DNA of 64,000 nt from a virus. Position 1 is the stretch's first letter. The number at the start of each line of letters is the position of its first letter. The stretch spans positions 1 to 64,000 of the IMG/VR virus record IMGVR_UViG_3300009702_000018; one strand, given 5' to 3'. Below are positions 8,911 to 18,694 of the stretch, one piece after another. A program made the position numbers and the translations under genes. Under the pieces are notes generated by a model, which made no database searches, was not told the DNA's origin, and saw only the letters and a program-made list of their open reading frames with translations.

Positions 8911-9798
8911 ATGATCGGAGGATTTTATAATTGGCATCGTGCTTTTAATGGAGAATTTCATTTATATAAAGCAAAAGAAGATGAATTAGAAAATTATGAT
9001 ATTGTTTTTATTGGGATGAGTCGTCCTGAATTGGAAGGAGTAACCGCTTCAAGAATTAGAGAAAAAATTGGATGGAACAGTAAAACTAAACTTGTAATAT
9101 GTATTGATTATGCAATAGAATTATGGCAAGGAGTATTTCAACCCAATTTATTAGAACGAGAATTAATGCAAGCAGATATGATTTTTGTTTCTGAACCAAC
9201 AATGTTGTCTTATGTAAGAGCATTATTGAATGATAGAAAAAAAGTATTTCATATTGTTCATCCTACGCAAGTTGAAGACTTACAAAAACTTAGAAAACCA
9301 ATTGATATGAGAACAGATGAAATTGTTACTATTGTTCATAGATATGACAATAATTGGTTAGCCCCATATTTAGTAACGAAAGATTTAAAATGGAATAATC
9401 ATGTTGTTTTATTAGATGGAAAACAAGAAATGTATTTATATGCTTATTTTAAATATATGAAAAGTGGTTTTGAGTTTCTTAAATATTTAGATTGGGCATC
9501 AAGAAAAAAAGTAGTTTTAGATTCTTATCATAAAATTCATACATATGGTCGTTCTCCTGTTGATAATGCTTGTATTGGGATTCCCAATGTTGGAACAGAT
9601 TGGACTTATTCGCAAAAATATCTTTGGCCAAAACTTACAACACAGCCAGGATATTTAAGGGATCAAACTGAATTGATTAAAAAACTTATGACAGATAATT
9701 CTTTTTATAAAGATGTAATTGATGAGGCTACTGAAAAAGTAAAAACATTTAATTATGAAAATAGAAAAAAAGATTTTTTAAATAAGCTATACAATTAG
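8911..9798 (+). CDS. Putative GT-B-like glycosyltransferase; true N-terminus may begin at 8834 via a -1 frameshift
   Basis: YDIVFIG, ADMIFV, TYGRSPVDNACIGIPNVG and C-terminal helix pattern resemble the GT-B donor-binding region. Confidence 0.55.
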   Translation: MIGGFYNWHRAFNGEFHLYKAKEDELENYDIVFIGMSRPELEGVTASRIREKIGWNSKTKLVICIDYAIELWQGVFQPNLLERELMQADMIFVSEPTMLSYVRALLNDRKKVFHIVHPTQVEDLQKLRKPIDMRTDEIVTIVHRYDNNWLAPYLVTKDLKWNNHVVLLDGKQEMYLYAYFKYMKSGFEFLKYLDWASRKKVVLDSYHKIHTYGRSPVDNACIGIPNVGTDWTYSQKYLWPKLTTQPGYLRDQTELIKKLMTDNSFYKDVIDEATEKVKTFNYENRKKDFLNKLYN

Positions 9799-9831
9799 GA
9801 AATTATAATATATAAGAATAAAGGAACAATT

Positions 9832-10482
9832 ATGCCATTGGATAAAAAAGATATTGAAAAAATTCGAGCTCCGTTTCCAGAAGAATCAGTCCAAGTACGA
9901 AAAACATTCAAAGATGAAGATACAGGTGCTGATATTCTTTTGACGGGGTATAAGCCCCAATATATTATTGAAAGATTAAATGATTGTTTTGGACATGAGA
10001 ATTGGGATTTTAAAATTAAAGAACACGAATTGGTTAAAACACAAGCATGGGTTTTAGGACAATTAACTATTTATGTTTCTAAAATAGATGCAGAAGCTAT
10101 TGATGGTCCTATTATTAGAAAAGTTATGACAGTTAAAGAACAATTTGGAACAGGGTCTATGAACAAAGTAACTCCTATTGGTGATGCTTTTAAAAGTGCT
10201 GCAACAAATTCATTAGAAAAATGTGCTTCTTTATTAGATATTGGACATGAAGCATATAAAGGATTGGTTAAAGTCCCCACCAACTCTAAGTATGCAGTAA
10301 CAGAAAAACAAGCAACTCGATCTAAATTTGCTTCCACTTGTAAAAAATATAATGTGGGCAAAGCTGAAATGTCGGGATTTACTAAAAATGTTTTAGGGGC
10401 TTCTAAAGAAGCTAAAGAATTAACAATAGATGAAATGAATAAATTAATTAATCATTTAGAAAAGAACAAGGCACCATTTTGA
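9832..10482 (+). CDS. Rad52/Rad22 (Sak-like) ssDNA annealing protein
   Basis: YIIERLNDCFGHENW, DAFKSAATNSLEKCASLLDIG. Confidence 0.85.
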   Translation: MPLDKKDIEKIRAPFPEESVQVRKTFKDEDTGADILLTGYKPQYIIERLNDCFGHENWDFKIKEHELVKTQAWVLGQLTIYVSKIDAEAIDGPIIRKVMTVKEQFGTGSMNKVTPIGDAFKSAATNSLEKCASLLDIGHEAYKGLVKVPTNSKYAVTEKQATRSKFASTCKKYNVGKAEMSGFTKNVLGASKEAKELTIDEMNKLINHLEKNKAPF

Positions 10483-10730
10483 TAAAAATAAAAGATGTTG
10501 TTAAAGCAATAAGAAAAACTCATAATTATCCCGTATCTGGGAATTATTGGAGAAGAGTTGGGGGTATGTGGAAAAGATATGGGGGCGAAATAATGATTAA
10601 AGCTATTGAAGCAGAATCTCCAAAACAAATTTCGCTTACTCATTTTTTGAATATTGTAGAAAAGAAATGTCAATATATGATTGAGAATGGAGAGCTTGAC
10701 GAAATAGCAAATGAATTATTTAATGAATAA
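10479..10730 (+). CDS. Hypothetical protein
   Basis: Overlapping start and stop in the operon. Confidence 0.55.
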   Translation: MIKIKDVVKAIRKTHNYPVSGNYWRRVGGMWKRYGGEIMIKAIEAESPKQISLTHFLNIVEKKCQYMIENGELDEIANELFNE

Positions 10731-10741
10731 AAGGCTTAAAA

Positions 10742-11554
10742 ATGAGAAAGTATGTTAGTATTATTATTCCAGTTTATCAAACGCCCCATTATTTTGTGGA
10801 AACTGCAATTAGAAGTGCTTTATTTCAAACAGGAAATATTGAAACAGAAGTAATTTTGGTAGATGATGCAAGTACAAATAGTTGGTGGGAAAATATAGAT
10901 CAATCTTTATTAGAAGATGATAGAGTTACACTTCATCTTCTTCCTAAAAATTGTGGAGCGGGATATGCTTGGGATTATGGAATTAAAAAAGCTAAATATG
11001 ATTGGATTACTCCTTTGGCTGCTGACGATTATATTCATCCAGATAAATCAGAAATTCAATTTGCTATTATGAATGAAGCAAAAAAACAAGCCTCTCTTTC
11101 TGGGTTTAGAACTTATACATATAAAGATAATAGAATTATTAAAATCAATAATCATACACCTCCAACTTACAAAGATAATAAAAAACAATTTGAAGCATTA
11201 AGACGCAATGATTATGAAACTTGTTTTATTAAAAGTTCCACAACGCTATTTAAAAAAGAATTATATGAAAAACTTGGAGGGTTTGATTATAATTTAAGAT
11301 ATGCACAAGGACATGATTTATGGCTCAGGATGGCTAATGAAACTCTGATTATAGATGTTCCATTGCAATTACTTACTCGGAGAGAATATGATAATCAAAT
11401 AGCAAACTTGTTTCAAAATGATAAAGAAAAAAATTATGAACGCATTAGAACCATAGAATATGCTAAAATTAAATTAAAATGGGAAAAACTTCTTACTCCA
11501 ATTACAAATAGAAAAGTTAATATGGATATATTAAAAGAAGAAGGATATTTATAA
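10742..11554 (+). CDS. Family 2 glycosyltransferase
   Basis: VSIIIPVY, EVILVDDAST, LAADD, GGFD, HDLWLR. Confidence 0.9.
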   Translation: MRKYVSIIIPVYQTPHYFVETAIRSALFQTGNIETEVILVDDASTNSWWENIDQSLLEDDRVTLHLLPKNCGAGYAWDYGIKKAKYDWITPLAADDYIHPDKSEIQFAIMNEAKKQASLSGFRTYTYKDNRIIKINNHTPPTYKDNKKQFEALRRNDYETCFIKSSTTLFKKELYEKLGGFDYNLRYAQGHDLWLRMANETLIIDVPLQLLTRREYDNQIANLFQNDKEKNYERIRTIEYAKIKLKWEKLLTPITNRKVNMDILKEEGYL

Positions 11555-11566
11555 GGTTTTGCTATA

Positions 11567-12838
11567 ATGAATCAATGGTATGTAATATTTAGTCTTATAT
11601 ATAATGCTCAATATAGAGGTTATATATTATCTAAATTAAAAAAAGAATATTTTTCAGATGATTTATCTCAAAATGTTTTTCAATATATAAATGATTTATT
11701 TCTTTCTGGAAAACAAATAGATGAAAGTTTAATTAAATCTAAATTTTCCAATCATATAAATCAAATTCCATTTGATATAACATTCAATATTGATTCTTAT
11801 GAAGAATATATTTCTAATTTAAGACAAGATTATATTAATAATGAAATTTCTTATTTCGGTAAAAAAATAGTCAATTCTAAAGATATAAACGAAGAAAAAC
11901 TTCTTACAAATATAAACGAATTGATAAATAATATTTATTCTACAAAATCTATTCCTGTTAGATCTGCAGATGTTATTTTAGATAATGTTATTAATGATTT
12001 AATGTCAGATAAAAAAATTAATAATAAAATATATGGAATTGAAGAATTAGATAAACATATGGACGGATTGCATAACGGAGACTTAATTCTTGTAGCAGGA
12101 AGACCATCAATGGGGAAATCTGCTCTTACTGGTTGGATAGCAATGAAAAATGCATTAAATAAAAATGTTGTTGCTTATTTTTCATTAGAAATGAAGCCAG
12201 AAAAAATTATGTTAAGAATGTTAGCGGGAATAGCAAATATTAATTTATATAAAATGAAGCAATTCAAATCAATGTCAGATAAAGATAGATTGCCAATTTT
12301 ACAATATGTTAATAAATTAAAAGAATCTAAATTATTTATTAATCAATCTTCTGGGCTAAAATTGAATGAATTAAAATCTATTTTACAACAAATTAAGATG
12401 AAAGAAGGAAAAATAGATATTATTATAATAGACTATTTACAATTAATGGAAGGAGAAGGGATTAATGATAATACAAAAGTGAATTTTCTTTCAAAGGGAT
12501 TGAAACAAATTGCAATGGAATATGATTGCCCCGTTATTGTAGCTTCTCAATTATCAAGAAGCTGTGAAGGAAGAGACAATAAAAGACCCATTCTTTCTGA
12601 TTTAAGAGATTCTGGGGGGCTTGAACAAGATGCAGATATTGTTATTATGTTATATAGGGATTATTATTATAATCGAAACCCCGAACATAATGAATTATTA
12701 GAATTATTAGTAAGAAAATTTAGAGATGGAGAAACAGGAAAAATAATTATAAGATATGAACTCCAAAAACAAAGAATGAGTTCAATTAAAATACATAGCA
12801 AATTAGCTGAAATATCAAAACAATTTAAGTATGAGTAG
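11567..12838 (+). CDS. dnaB: Replicative DNA helicase
   Basis: AGRPSMGKS, FSLEM, IDYLQL, SQLSR, RPILSDLRDSGGLEQDAD. Confidence 0.95.
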   Translation: MNQWYVIFSLIYNAQYRGYILSKLKKEYFSDDLSQNVFQYINDLFLSGKQIDESLIKSKFSNHINQIPFDITFNIDSYEEYISNLRQDYINNEISYFGKKIVNSKDINEEKLLTNINELINNIYSTKSIPVRSADVILDNVINDLMSDKKINNKIYGIEELDKHMDGLHNGDLILVAGRPSMGKSALTGWIAMKNALNKNVVAYFSLEMKPEKIMLRMLAGIANINLYKMKQFKSMSDKDRLPILQYVNKLKESKLFINQSSGLKLNELKSILQQIKMKEGKIDIIIIDYLQLMEGEGINDNTKVNFLSKGLKQIAMEYDCPVIVASQLSRSCEGRDNKRPILSDLRDSGGLEQDADIVIMLYRDYYYNRNPEHNELLELLVRKFRDGETGKIIIRYELQKQRMSSIKIHSKLAEISKQFKYE

Positions 12839-12846
12839 GAGAAAAG

Positions 12847-13140
12847 ATGAACTTTGAAGTAACAAATGTAAAAATGACAAAAGGCGAATGGGGGAAAATA
12901 AGAGCTTTTGCTTCAATTACCTTAAACGATGCTTTTATAGTAAATGGCATAAAAGTTATTGAAGGACAAAAGGGTCTTTTTATTGGGATGCCTTCTGTTG
13001 AAAAAGATGGCAACTATAAAGATATTTGTTTCCCAACATCAAAAGAAGCAAGAGGAATTATTGAAAAAGCTGTATTAACAAAATATAACGACAATAAAAA
13101 AACAGAAACTTCAACAAAAAATGATGATTTATTTGAATAG
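12847..13140 (+). CDS. spoVG: SpoVG-family nucleic-acid-binding protein
   Basis: RAFASITLNDAFIVNGIKVIEGQKGLFIGMPS...YKDICFP. Confidence 0.9.
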   Translation: MNFEVTNVKMTKGEWGKIRAFASITLNDAFIVNGIKVIEGQKGLFIGMPSVEKDGNYKDICFPTSKEARGIIEKAVLTKYNDNKKTETSTKNDDLFE

Positions 13141-13148
13141 GAAAAAAT

Positions 13149-13904
13149 ATGTTAAATTCACGTTGGTCAGATAAAGAAAAGAAAGAATTAGTTAAGTTTT
13201 TTGATTCTTCTTGGACTCCCATGACTCTTTATAAAAGAATTAATAAAATTAATCCAAATCGTTCTTATGAAGCTGTTATGAGAGCAATTAGAAGATATAA
13301 GTCAGAAAAAGGATATAGTCAGAAATGTAAAGATGCATTAAAGAAATTAAGAATTGGCTACCTCGACATCGAGGCGACGAATTTAAATGCAAGTTTTGGG
13401 TTTATGTTATCTTGGTATATTAAAAAATATGGAAAAGATGAATATGATTGGGGATTAATTACTAAAGAAGAAATTTTTAATTTAACATTTGACAAACGAA
13501 TATTAAAGAAATTATTAAAAGCATTGGATCATTATGATATTCTTTATACTCACTATGGAATTGATGGTCGATTTGATATTCCCTTTATTAGAACAAGAGC
13601 TTTTGTTCACAATATGGAGGATCTATTACCTGACTATATGGAAAAGATAATATTAGATACTTATATGATTGCTCGTAGAAAATTAAGATTACATAGTAAT
13701 AGATTAGATGTTATTGCAACTACTTTGGGTATTAAAAATATTTCTAAAACAAGATTAGAACCAATTATCTGGACTAAAGCAAGTGCGGGCGATATGGAAT
13801 CTCTTCTATATATTAAAAAACACAATAAAATTGATGTAAAATTATTGGAGAAAATTCATCATAAGTTAAGAAAAATAGAAAGACCCATTTATAGAAGTAT
13901 GTAA
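13149..13904 (+). CDS. RNase H-like (DEDD) 3'-5' exonuclease with N-terminal HTH-like region
   Basis: YLDIEAT, RFDIPFI, SNRLD, HNKIDV. Confidence 0.8.
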   Translation: MLNSRWSDKEKKELVKFFDSSWTPMTLYKRINKINPNRSYEAVMRAIRRYKSEKGYSQKCKDALKKLRIGYLDIEATNLNASFGFMLSWYIKKYGKDEYDWGLITKEEIFNLTFDKRILKKLLKALDHYDILYTHYGIDGRFDIPFIRTRAFVHNMEDLLPDYMEKIILDTYMIARRKLRLHSNRLDVIATTLGIKNISKTRLEPIIWTKASAGDMESLLYIKKHNKIDVKLLEKIHHKLRKIERPIYRSM

Positions 13905-13905
13905 A

Positions 13906-14550
13906 ATGGAAATAAAAAAGTTTTATTTAAAGTATATGTTTGAAGGTTATGTTGACAATATGCCCCAATGGTTGGAGAATGTAGCTAAAAAAGAATTAGC
14001 ATATATAGATCAAAAAGGATTTAATTATCTTTATAAATTATTATTACAAAACAGAAAAAATATTAAAATAGCTGATATTGGATCTGGTGATTGTAGAATA
14101 TTTAAATCTTTACCAAATTTTTTAATAAAAAATCCTAAAATTGAAAGATATGCTTATGATATATTTACAAAAGATGAATTACCAAAGCATTTTTTAGAAT
14201 TTTTACAAGAAAACAATATACAATATCATACAATTATAAGAACAGATAAATATAATCTTGAATTAAATAAAAAATTTGATATTATTATTTGTCTTGGAAC
14301 AGATTGTCATTTAACAAATGATGAAGCAAAACAATATATTAAAGAATGTAAAAATCATTTAAGAAAAAATGGTGTATTGATTTGGCAAATATTAAGAAAT
14401 GATACAATTAGAGCTAATATAATGAAATATTTTAGTCGAATAAAATATTATACAAGAAATAAAAATTGGTATAAGGAATTTTTTAATGACGAAGGATACA
14501 AAACAAAAATCTCCAAAATCTATATCTACAAACAAATATTCAAAGATTAA
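13906..14550 (+). CDS. Class I SAM-dependent methyltransferase
   Basis: IADIGSGDC, FDIIIC, HLRKNGVL. Confidence 0.8.
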   Translation: MEIKKFYLKYMFEGYVDNMPQWLENVAKKELAYIDQKGFNYLYKLLLQNRKNIKIADIGSGDCRIFKSLPNFLIKNPKIERYAYDIFTKDELPKHFLEFLQENNIQYHTIIRTDKYNLELNKKFDIIICLGTDCHLTNDEAKQYIKECKNHLRKNGVLIWQILRNDTIRANIMKYFSRIKYYTRNKNWYKEFFNDEGYKTKISKIYIYKQIFKD

Positions 14551-15244
14551 AGATTGGTATAACAGAGAATATAGACAAAGAGGTGATGCTTTTGGAGTAA
14601 GTATAGGTGCTTATAAACAATTCCCAAGATATTTGGGTTGGGATATTGTTAAAACTGATATTAGTCATTCTGGGATACCTATTTATGTCAGTGAACAAGA
14701 AAATACAACTTATCTTGATGTCGCTTGTGGTCAAGGATATATGATGTTTTTTGCGAAACATTATGGGATAAAAAATATATATGGGGCAGATATTTCTTCT
14801 GAATCAATTAAACTTTGTAAAGAGAAAGTTAAAGATGCTCATTATAGAATTACTTCTGCAGAAAAACTATCTGGATATAAAAACAATTTTTTCGACTATA
14901 TAACTTGTATTGGATCGTTGGAGCATTTTATTGATATGAATAAAGCGTTAAAAAGAATGCATGATGTTGGTAAAACAAATTGTAAATATTGTATCCTTGT
15001 TCCTAATTCAAAATCTTGGTGGAAAAATAAAACTGAACAACGAGAAATCAACGAACGTTTTTATTCATTAAAAGAGTGGTCAAAATTATTTACAGATAAT
15101 GGATTTAATATTGTTAAAATATATAGGGATGAATGGCATATTAAAAAGCCCCAATGTTTTATTAAAAAAATATTAAATTTTCTTACACCTTTAAAATACT
15201 TTAATTCTTTTGTTTTTATATTGGAGAAAAATAATGAGAAATAA
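14486..15244 (+). CDS. Class I SAM-dependent methyltransferase
   Basis: YLDVACGQG, GADIS, FDYITCIGSLEH, VPN. Confidence 0.88.
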   Translation: MTKDTKQKSPKSISTNKYSKIKDWYNREYRQRGDAFGVSIGAYKQFPRYLGWDIVKTDISHSGIPIYVSEQENTTYLDVACGQGYMMFFAKHYGIKNIYGADISSESIKLCKEKVKDAHYRITSAEKLSGYKNNFFDYITCIGSLEHFIDMNKALKRMHDVGKTNCKYCILVPNSKSWWKNKTEQREINERFYSLKEWSKLFTDNGFNIVKIYRDEWHIKKPQCFIKKILNFLTPLKYFNSFVFILEKNNEK

Positions 15245-15797
15245 AATTAAAGATAATTTCAAAGATATTCTGACATCTATGGAAAAAGAATTAAATTTTA
15301 TAATAGATAAAGAATCAAAAAATAATACCCCTGAACGACTAACAAAGATGTATTTAAATGAATTACTTATTGGATATACTCAAAGCCCTAAACAGATATT
15401 ATCAAAAACATTTGACACAAGTTCACGAGATATGGTGGTTATTGATAATATTCCTTTTGTGTCTCTCTGCTCTCATCATTGGCTTCCGTTTATTGGTACA
15501 ATTGCGGTAGGATACATCCCTGACAAAAAAGTTGTTGGATTAAGTAAAATACCTCGAATTGTAAATTGTTTTACAAGAAGATTCCAAATTCAAGAAAATA
15601 TGACAGCACAAATAGCAGATGCAATTCAAAAATATCTTAAACCAAAAGGTTGTATTGTTATATGTAAAGCACAACATTTATGTGCTCAAATAAGAGGAGT
15701 ACAAGCACATGGAACTACAATGACCACATCAGCATTAAGAGGGGCATTTGAAGATGAAGAAATTAAAAACGAATTTATAAAATTGGCGAAACTATGA
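15234..15797 (+). CDS. folE: GTP cyclohydrolase I
   Basis: TPER, SLCSHHWLPF, GLSKIPR, QIQE, HLCAQIRG; GGAG RBS before 15234. Confidence 0.95.
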   Translation: MRNKIKDNFKDILTSMEKELNFIIDKESKNNTPERLTKMYLNELLIGYTQSPKQILSKTFDTSSRDMVVIDNIPFVSLCSHHWLPFIGTIAVGYIPDKKVVGLSKIPRIVNCFTRRFQIQENMTAQIADAIQKYLKPKGCIVICKAQHLCAQIRGVQAHGTTMTTSALRGAFEDEEIKNEFIKLAKL

Positions 15798-16120
15798 AAA
15801 ATCATACGATTTCAAATTTAATTGATAAATCTACATTGTCGTCTAAAGAAAAAAATATTATTAGAACACATATTGAGATATGTGAAGACGAAATAGATTC
15901 TTTGCGTGCTGAAATCTTATATTATAAAGATATTATTGATTATGGGAAATATATAAACAGTAATATTATGAGATTAAAAGAAGAATTATTACAGTATGTT
16001 GTTGATACTAAAGAAGATAATAAATTAAAAGAATCTTATAATATAATATTGAATTTTTCAAAACAAATTAAGGAAATGTTAAAAATAATAGATGAAACTC
16101 AAGGAAAACCGCACATTTAA
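15794..16120 (+). CDS. Hypothetical protein
   Basis: ATGA overlap with folE. Confidence 0.55.
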   Translation: MKNHTISNLIDKSTLSSKEKNIIRTHIEICEDEIDSLRAEILYYKDIIDYGKYINSNIMRLKEELLQYVVDTKEDNKLKESYNIILNFSKQIKEMLKIIDETQGKPHI

Positions 16121-16136
16121 GAATAAAAGGGAAAAT

Positions 16137-16412
16137 ATGAAAGCATATCTCAAAGATAAGAAAAACATACATTTTCTAATAATAGAAAAAATTTCAAATG
16201 GGTTTTTAATAGCTTCTTCAGATCTTGAAGGACCAATCTTAAAAATTCACAAAAGCACATTAAATGGCGTAGTTAATGTGATGGAAGAAATTTGGGATGT
16301 ATCATATATAAAAGATCCAGAATCCCCACCTCTTACATCAATTAAAAAAGAGAAAAAAGTTAAAAAACAAGCGACCAAAAAATCAAAAAGGACTAAAAAG
16401 TGTATAAAATAA
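16137..16412 (+). CDS. Hypothetical protein with Lys-rich tail
   Basis: RBS AAGGGA before 16137. Confidence 0.5.
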   Translation: MKAYLKDKKNIHFLIIEKISNGFLIASSDLEGPILKIHKSTLNGVVNVMEEIWDVSYIKDPESPPLTSIKKEKKVKKQATKKSKRTKKCIK

Positions 16413-16831
16413 TGAAGGAAATCCAATTTGATGCGGCTCATCGACTAATGAATGTAGAAAGTAAATGTTCCAACATCCACGGACATCATTATATGGTCAA
16501 ATTATATATTAAATCACAAACGCTTGATTATGCAGACATGTTATTAGACTTTGATTATTTAAAATCAATAAAAGAATGGATTGATGATAATTGGGATCAT
16601 AGCTTTATTTTGAATAAAAAAGATATTGTTAATATTAAGCATTGTGTTAAATATAATTATAAACATTTTTTATTGAATGGAGATCCAACGGCAGAAAAAA
16701 TGGCTGAATTTTTAATTAAATATTTAAGAAATTTTTTGTTAGAGATAGACAAAGAACATTTAATAAGGGCAGATAAAGTTGTAGTTTTTGAAACACCATC
16801 TTGTTCTGCAACAGCAATAAACGAAGAATAA
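16400..16831 (+). CDS. queD: 6-carboxytetrahydropterin synthase
   Basis: FDAAHRL, CSNIHGHHY, WDH, PTAE, ETP. Confidence 0.92.
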   Translation: MYKIMKEIQFDAAHRLMNVESKCSNIHGHHYMVKLYIKSQTLDYADMLLDFDYLKSIKEWIDDNWDHSFILNKKDIVNIKHCVKYNYKHFLLNGDPTAEKMAEFLIKYLRNFLLEIDKEHLIRADKVVVFETPSCSATAINEE

Positions 16832-16832
16832 A

Positions 16833-17231
16833 ATGTTAAAATTAAAGATAAAATTTAGTATTCCAGGCTTTCATTATTGGAAAAATGCTCCAAAGCAATA
16901 TGATTATTTAAGAAATCTTCATAGACATAATTTTTATTGGGAAATTATTATTGAGACTACAAATGATAGAGAAATTGAAATTATTTCATTTAACGATAGA
17001 GTACAAAGATTATTGAAGCAAGAATTTAATTTTCTTTCTGGAAATATGATAGTTAAAACAAATCCTTCACATATATATGATTTAGAATCATTATATTTTG
17101 GGGGAAAATCTTGTGAAGCAATTGCTCAAGATACATATGATTTGATTAAACAACATTATAATGATATTAAAATTAAACAAATAGCAGTATTGGAAGATAA
17201 TGAAAACGGTGCTATTAAAGAATGGGAATAA
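16833..17231 (+). CDS. QueD paralog, DpdL-like (putative CDG decarboxylase)
   Basis: GFHYW, LRNLHRHNF fitting LxxxHRHxF, DREIE, SCEAIA, EDNENGA. Confidence 0.72.
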   Translation: MLKLKIKFSIPGFHYWKNAPKQYDYLRNLHRHNFYWEIIIETTNDREIEIISFNDRVQRLLKQEFNFLSGNMIVKTNPSHIYDLESLYFGGKSCEAIAQDTYDLIKQHYNDIKIKQIAVLEDNENGAIKEWE

Positions 17232-17447
17232 TTGATAAAAATGAAGCATAATCCTTATTTCATAAATGGTTATCCCGCTGTTTGCCCAAACGAAGGAAAT
17301 GAACCTTTTTCTGAAAATAAAGATAAGTCTTCAGTTCTTTTGTGGGAAGCTTTGATTGTTTCTACATATAAAGAAAAATATCACATTGGTTATAAATGCA
17401 CTTACTGTGGTGTTAAATGGCTATTTAGAGATTTTCTTGAAGATTAG
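17232..17447 (+). CDS. Small Cys-containing hypothetical protein
   Basis: CPN...CTYC. Confidence 0.5.
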   Translation: MIKMKHNPYFINGYPAVCPNEGNEPFSENKDKSSVLLWEALIVSTYKEKYHIGYKCTYCGVKWLFRDFLED

Positions 17448-17457
17448 AAAGGAAAAT

Positions 17458-17772
17458 ATGGGTTTTTATTTTAAAAAAAGTAAAGAAAAAATGACAACGG
17501 GATTCTCTCCAATAGAAGCTCATCATTTTTATTGGGGTATCATCTTAATTTTCCTTGCATTTGCTTCTTTGTTTTGGTGGAAAGAGAATGTTGCTCAATG
17601 GACATTTGTTGTAGGAATGTGGTTCATTATTGATGATTGGATCCAACATTCAATTCAAAGATCTGAAATAAAAAAATATGGATATTATCAAACTTTAAGT
17701 TTTTGGCATTGGTTTCCATATCTTATTTTAGATTATATTAAAAAACTATTAAATAAAAAAGGTGAAAAATGA
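17458..17772 (+). CDS. Membrane protein
   Basis: Two hydrophobic segments, HHFYWG and DDWIQH motifs; AAGGA RBS. Confidence 0.65.
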   Translation: MGFYFKKSKEKMTTGFSPIEAHHFYWGIILIFLAFASLFWWKENVAQWTFVVGMWFIIDDWIQHSIQRSEIKKYGYYQTLSFWHWFPYLILDYIKKLLNKKGEK

Positions 17773-18203
17773 AGAAATTACTATTTGTTATCTTATTGTT
17801 TGTTGCTTTTCAAGCACATGCACAAGATACAACCAAAATTTTAGACTCTGTTCAATTCCCAATTGTAACTTATTATGGGACATTCAATGGACAAGATTCT
17901 GGATTAACTATTTCAACTACAGATGATTCATTGTTGGTATATCTGTATTTAGCCCCAGATAGTAATGGAGTACCAACAGGGTATCTTAATTTATCATTTA
18001 TAGGAGCCGATTGGCAGAGAACAGATACAACGATGCGTGCTGCTTGGCAGATGAAACTAACATTATCAGGAAATGATAGTTCTCAATACAAAGTTAATCC
18101 AATAGTATATGGTAAGTTAGTTAATCCTTATGATCTGAATCAAGATGGACATATTGGAGTGAGTGATTTATTTGCAGTATTAAAAAAACTTTTTAAACTA
18201 TAA
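17769..18203 (+). CDS. Secreted protein with C-terminal dockerin/EF-hand-like loop
   Basis: Signal peptide MKKLLFVILLFVAFQAHA; DLNQDGHIGVSDL. Confidence 0.7.
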   Translation: MKKLLFVILLFVAFQAHAQDTTKILDSVQFPIVTYYGTFNGQDSGLTISTTDDSLLVYLYLAPDSNGVPTGYLNLSFIGADWQRTDTTMRAAWQMKLTLSGNDSSQYKVNPIVYGKLVNPYDLNQDGHIGVSDLFAVLKKLFKL

Positions 18204-18205
18204 TT

Positions 18206-18694
18206 ATGATTTATTTTACAGCAGATCATCATTTTGGGCATACAAATATTATTAAATATTGTAATAGACCATTTAAAGATGTAGAAGAAATGAATAAAAT
18301 TCTAATTAATAATTGGAATGATACAATCTCTGACAATGATACAGTATATCATCTTGGTGATTTTGCTTTAATGAATAATAATAAAATTACAGAATATCTT
18401 AATAAATTAAGGGGAATAAAAATATTGATACTTGGGAATCACGATAGATTAAATAGAAAAAATAAGAATTTATTTAAAAATATATATAAATCTTATTCTC
18501 TATTTTATAGGGGATTGACTATTGTGCTATCTCATTATCCTTATAAATTTATTCCCCCTAATGGAGTTATTCATTTGCATGGACACTCACATGGGAAAGA
18601 AACAAAAATTAAAAACAAAATAGATGTTGGAGTGGATAATACTAATTATTACCCAATTTCTATTGATGAGGTTATTGAAAAATATGAATTTTAA
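18206..18694 (+). CDS. Calcineurin-like metallophosphoesterase
   Basis: DHHFGH, HLGD, GNHD, HYP, HGHSH, DVGVD. Confidence 0.92.
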   Translation: MIYFTADHHFGHTNIIKYCNRPFKDVEEMNKILINNWNDTISDNDTVYHLGDFALMNNNKITEYLNKLRGIKILILGNHDRLNRKNKNLFKNIYKSYSLFYRGLTIVLSHYPYKFIPPNGVIHLHGHSHGKETKIKNKIDVGVDNTNYYPISIDEVIEKYEF

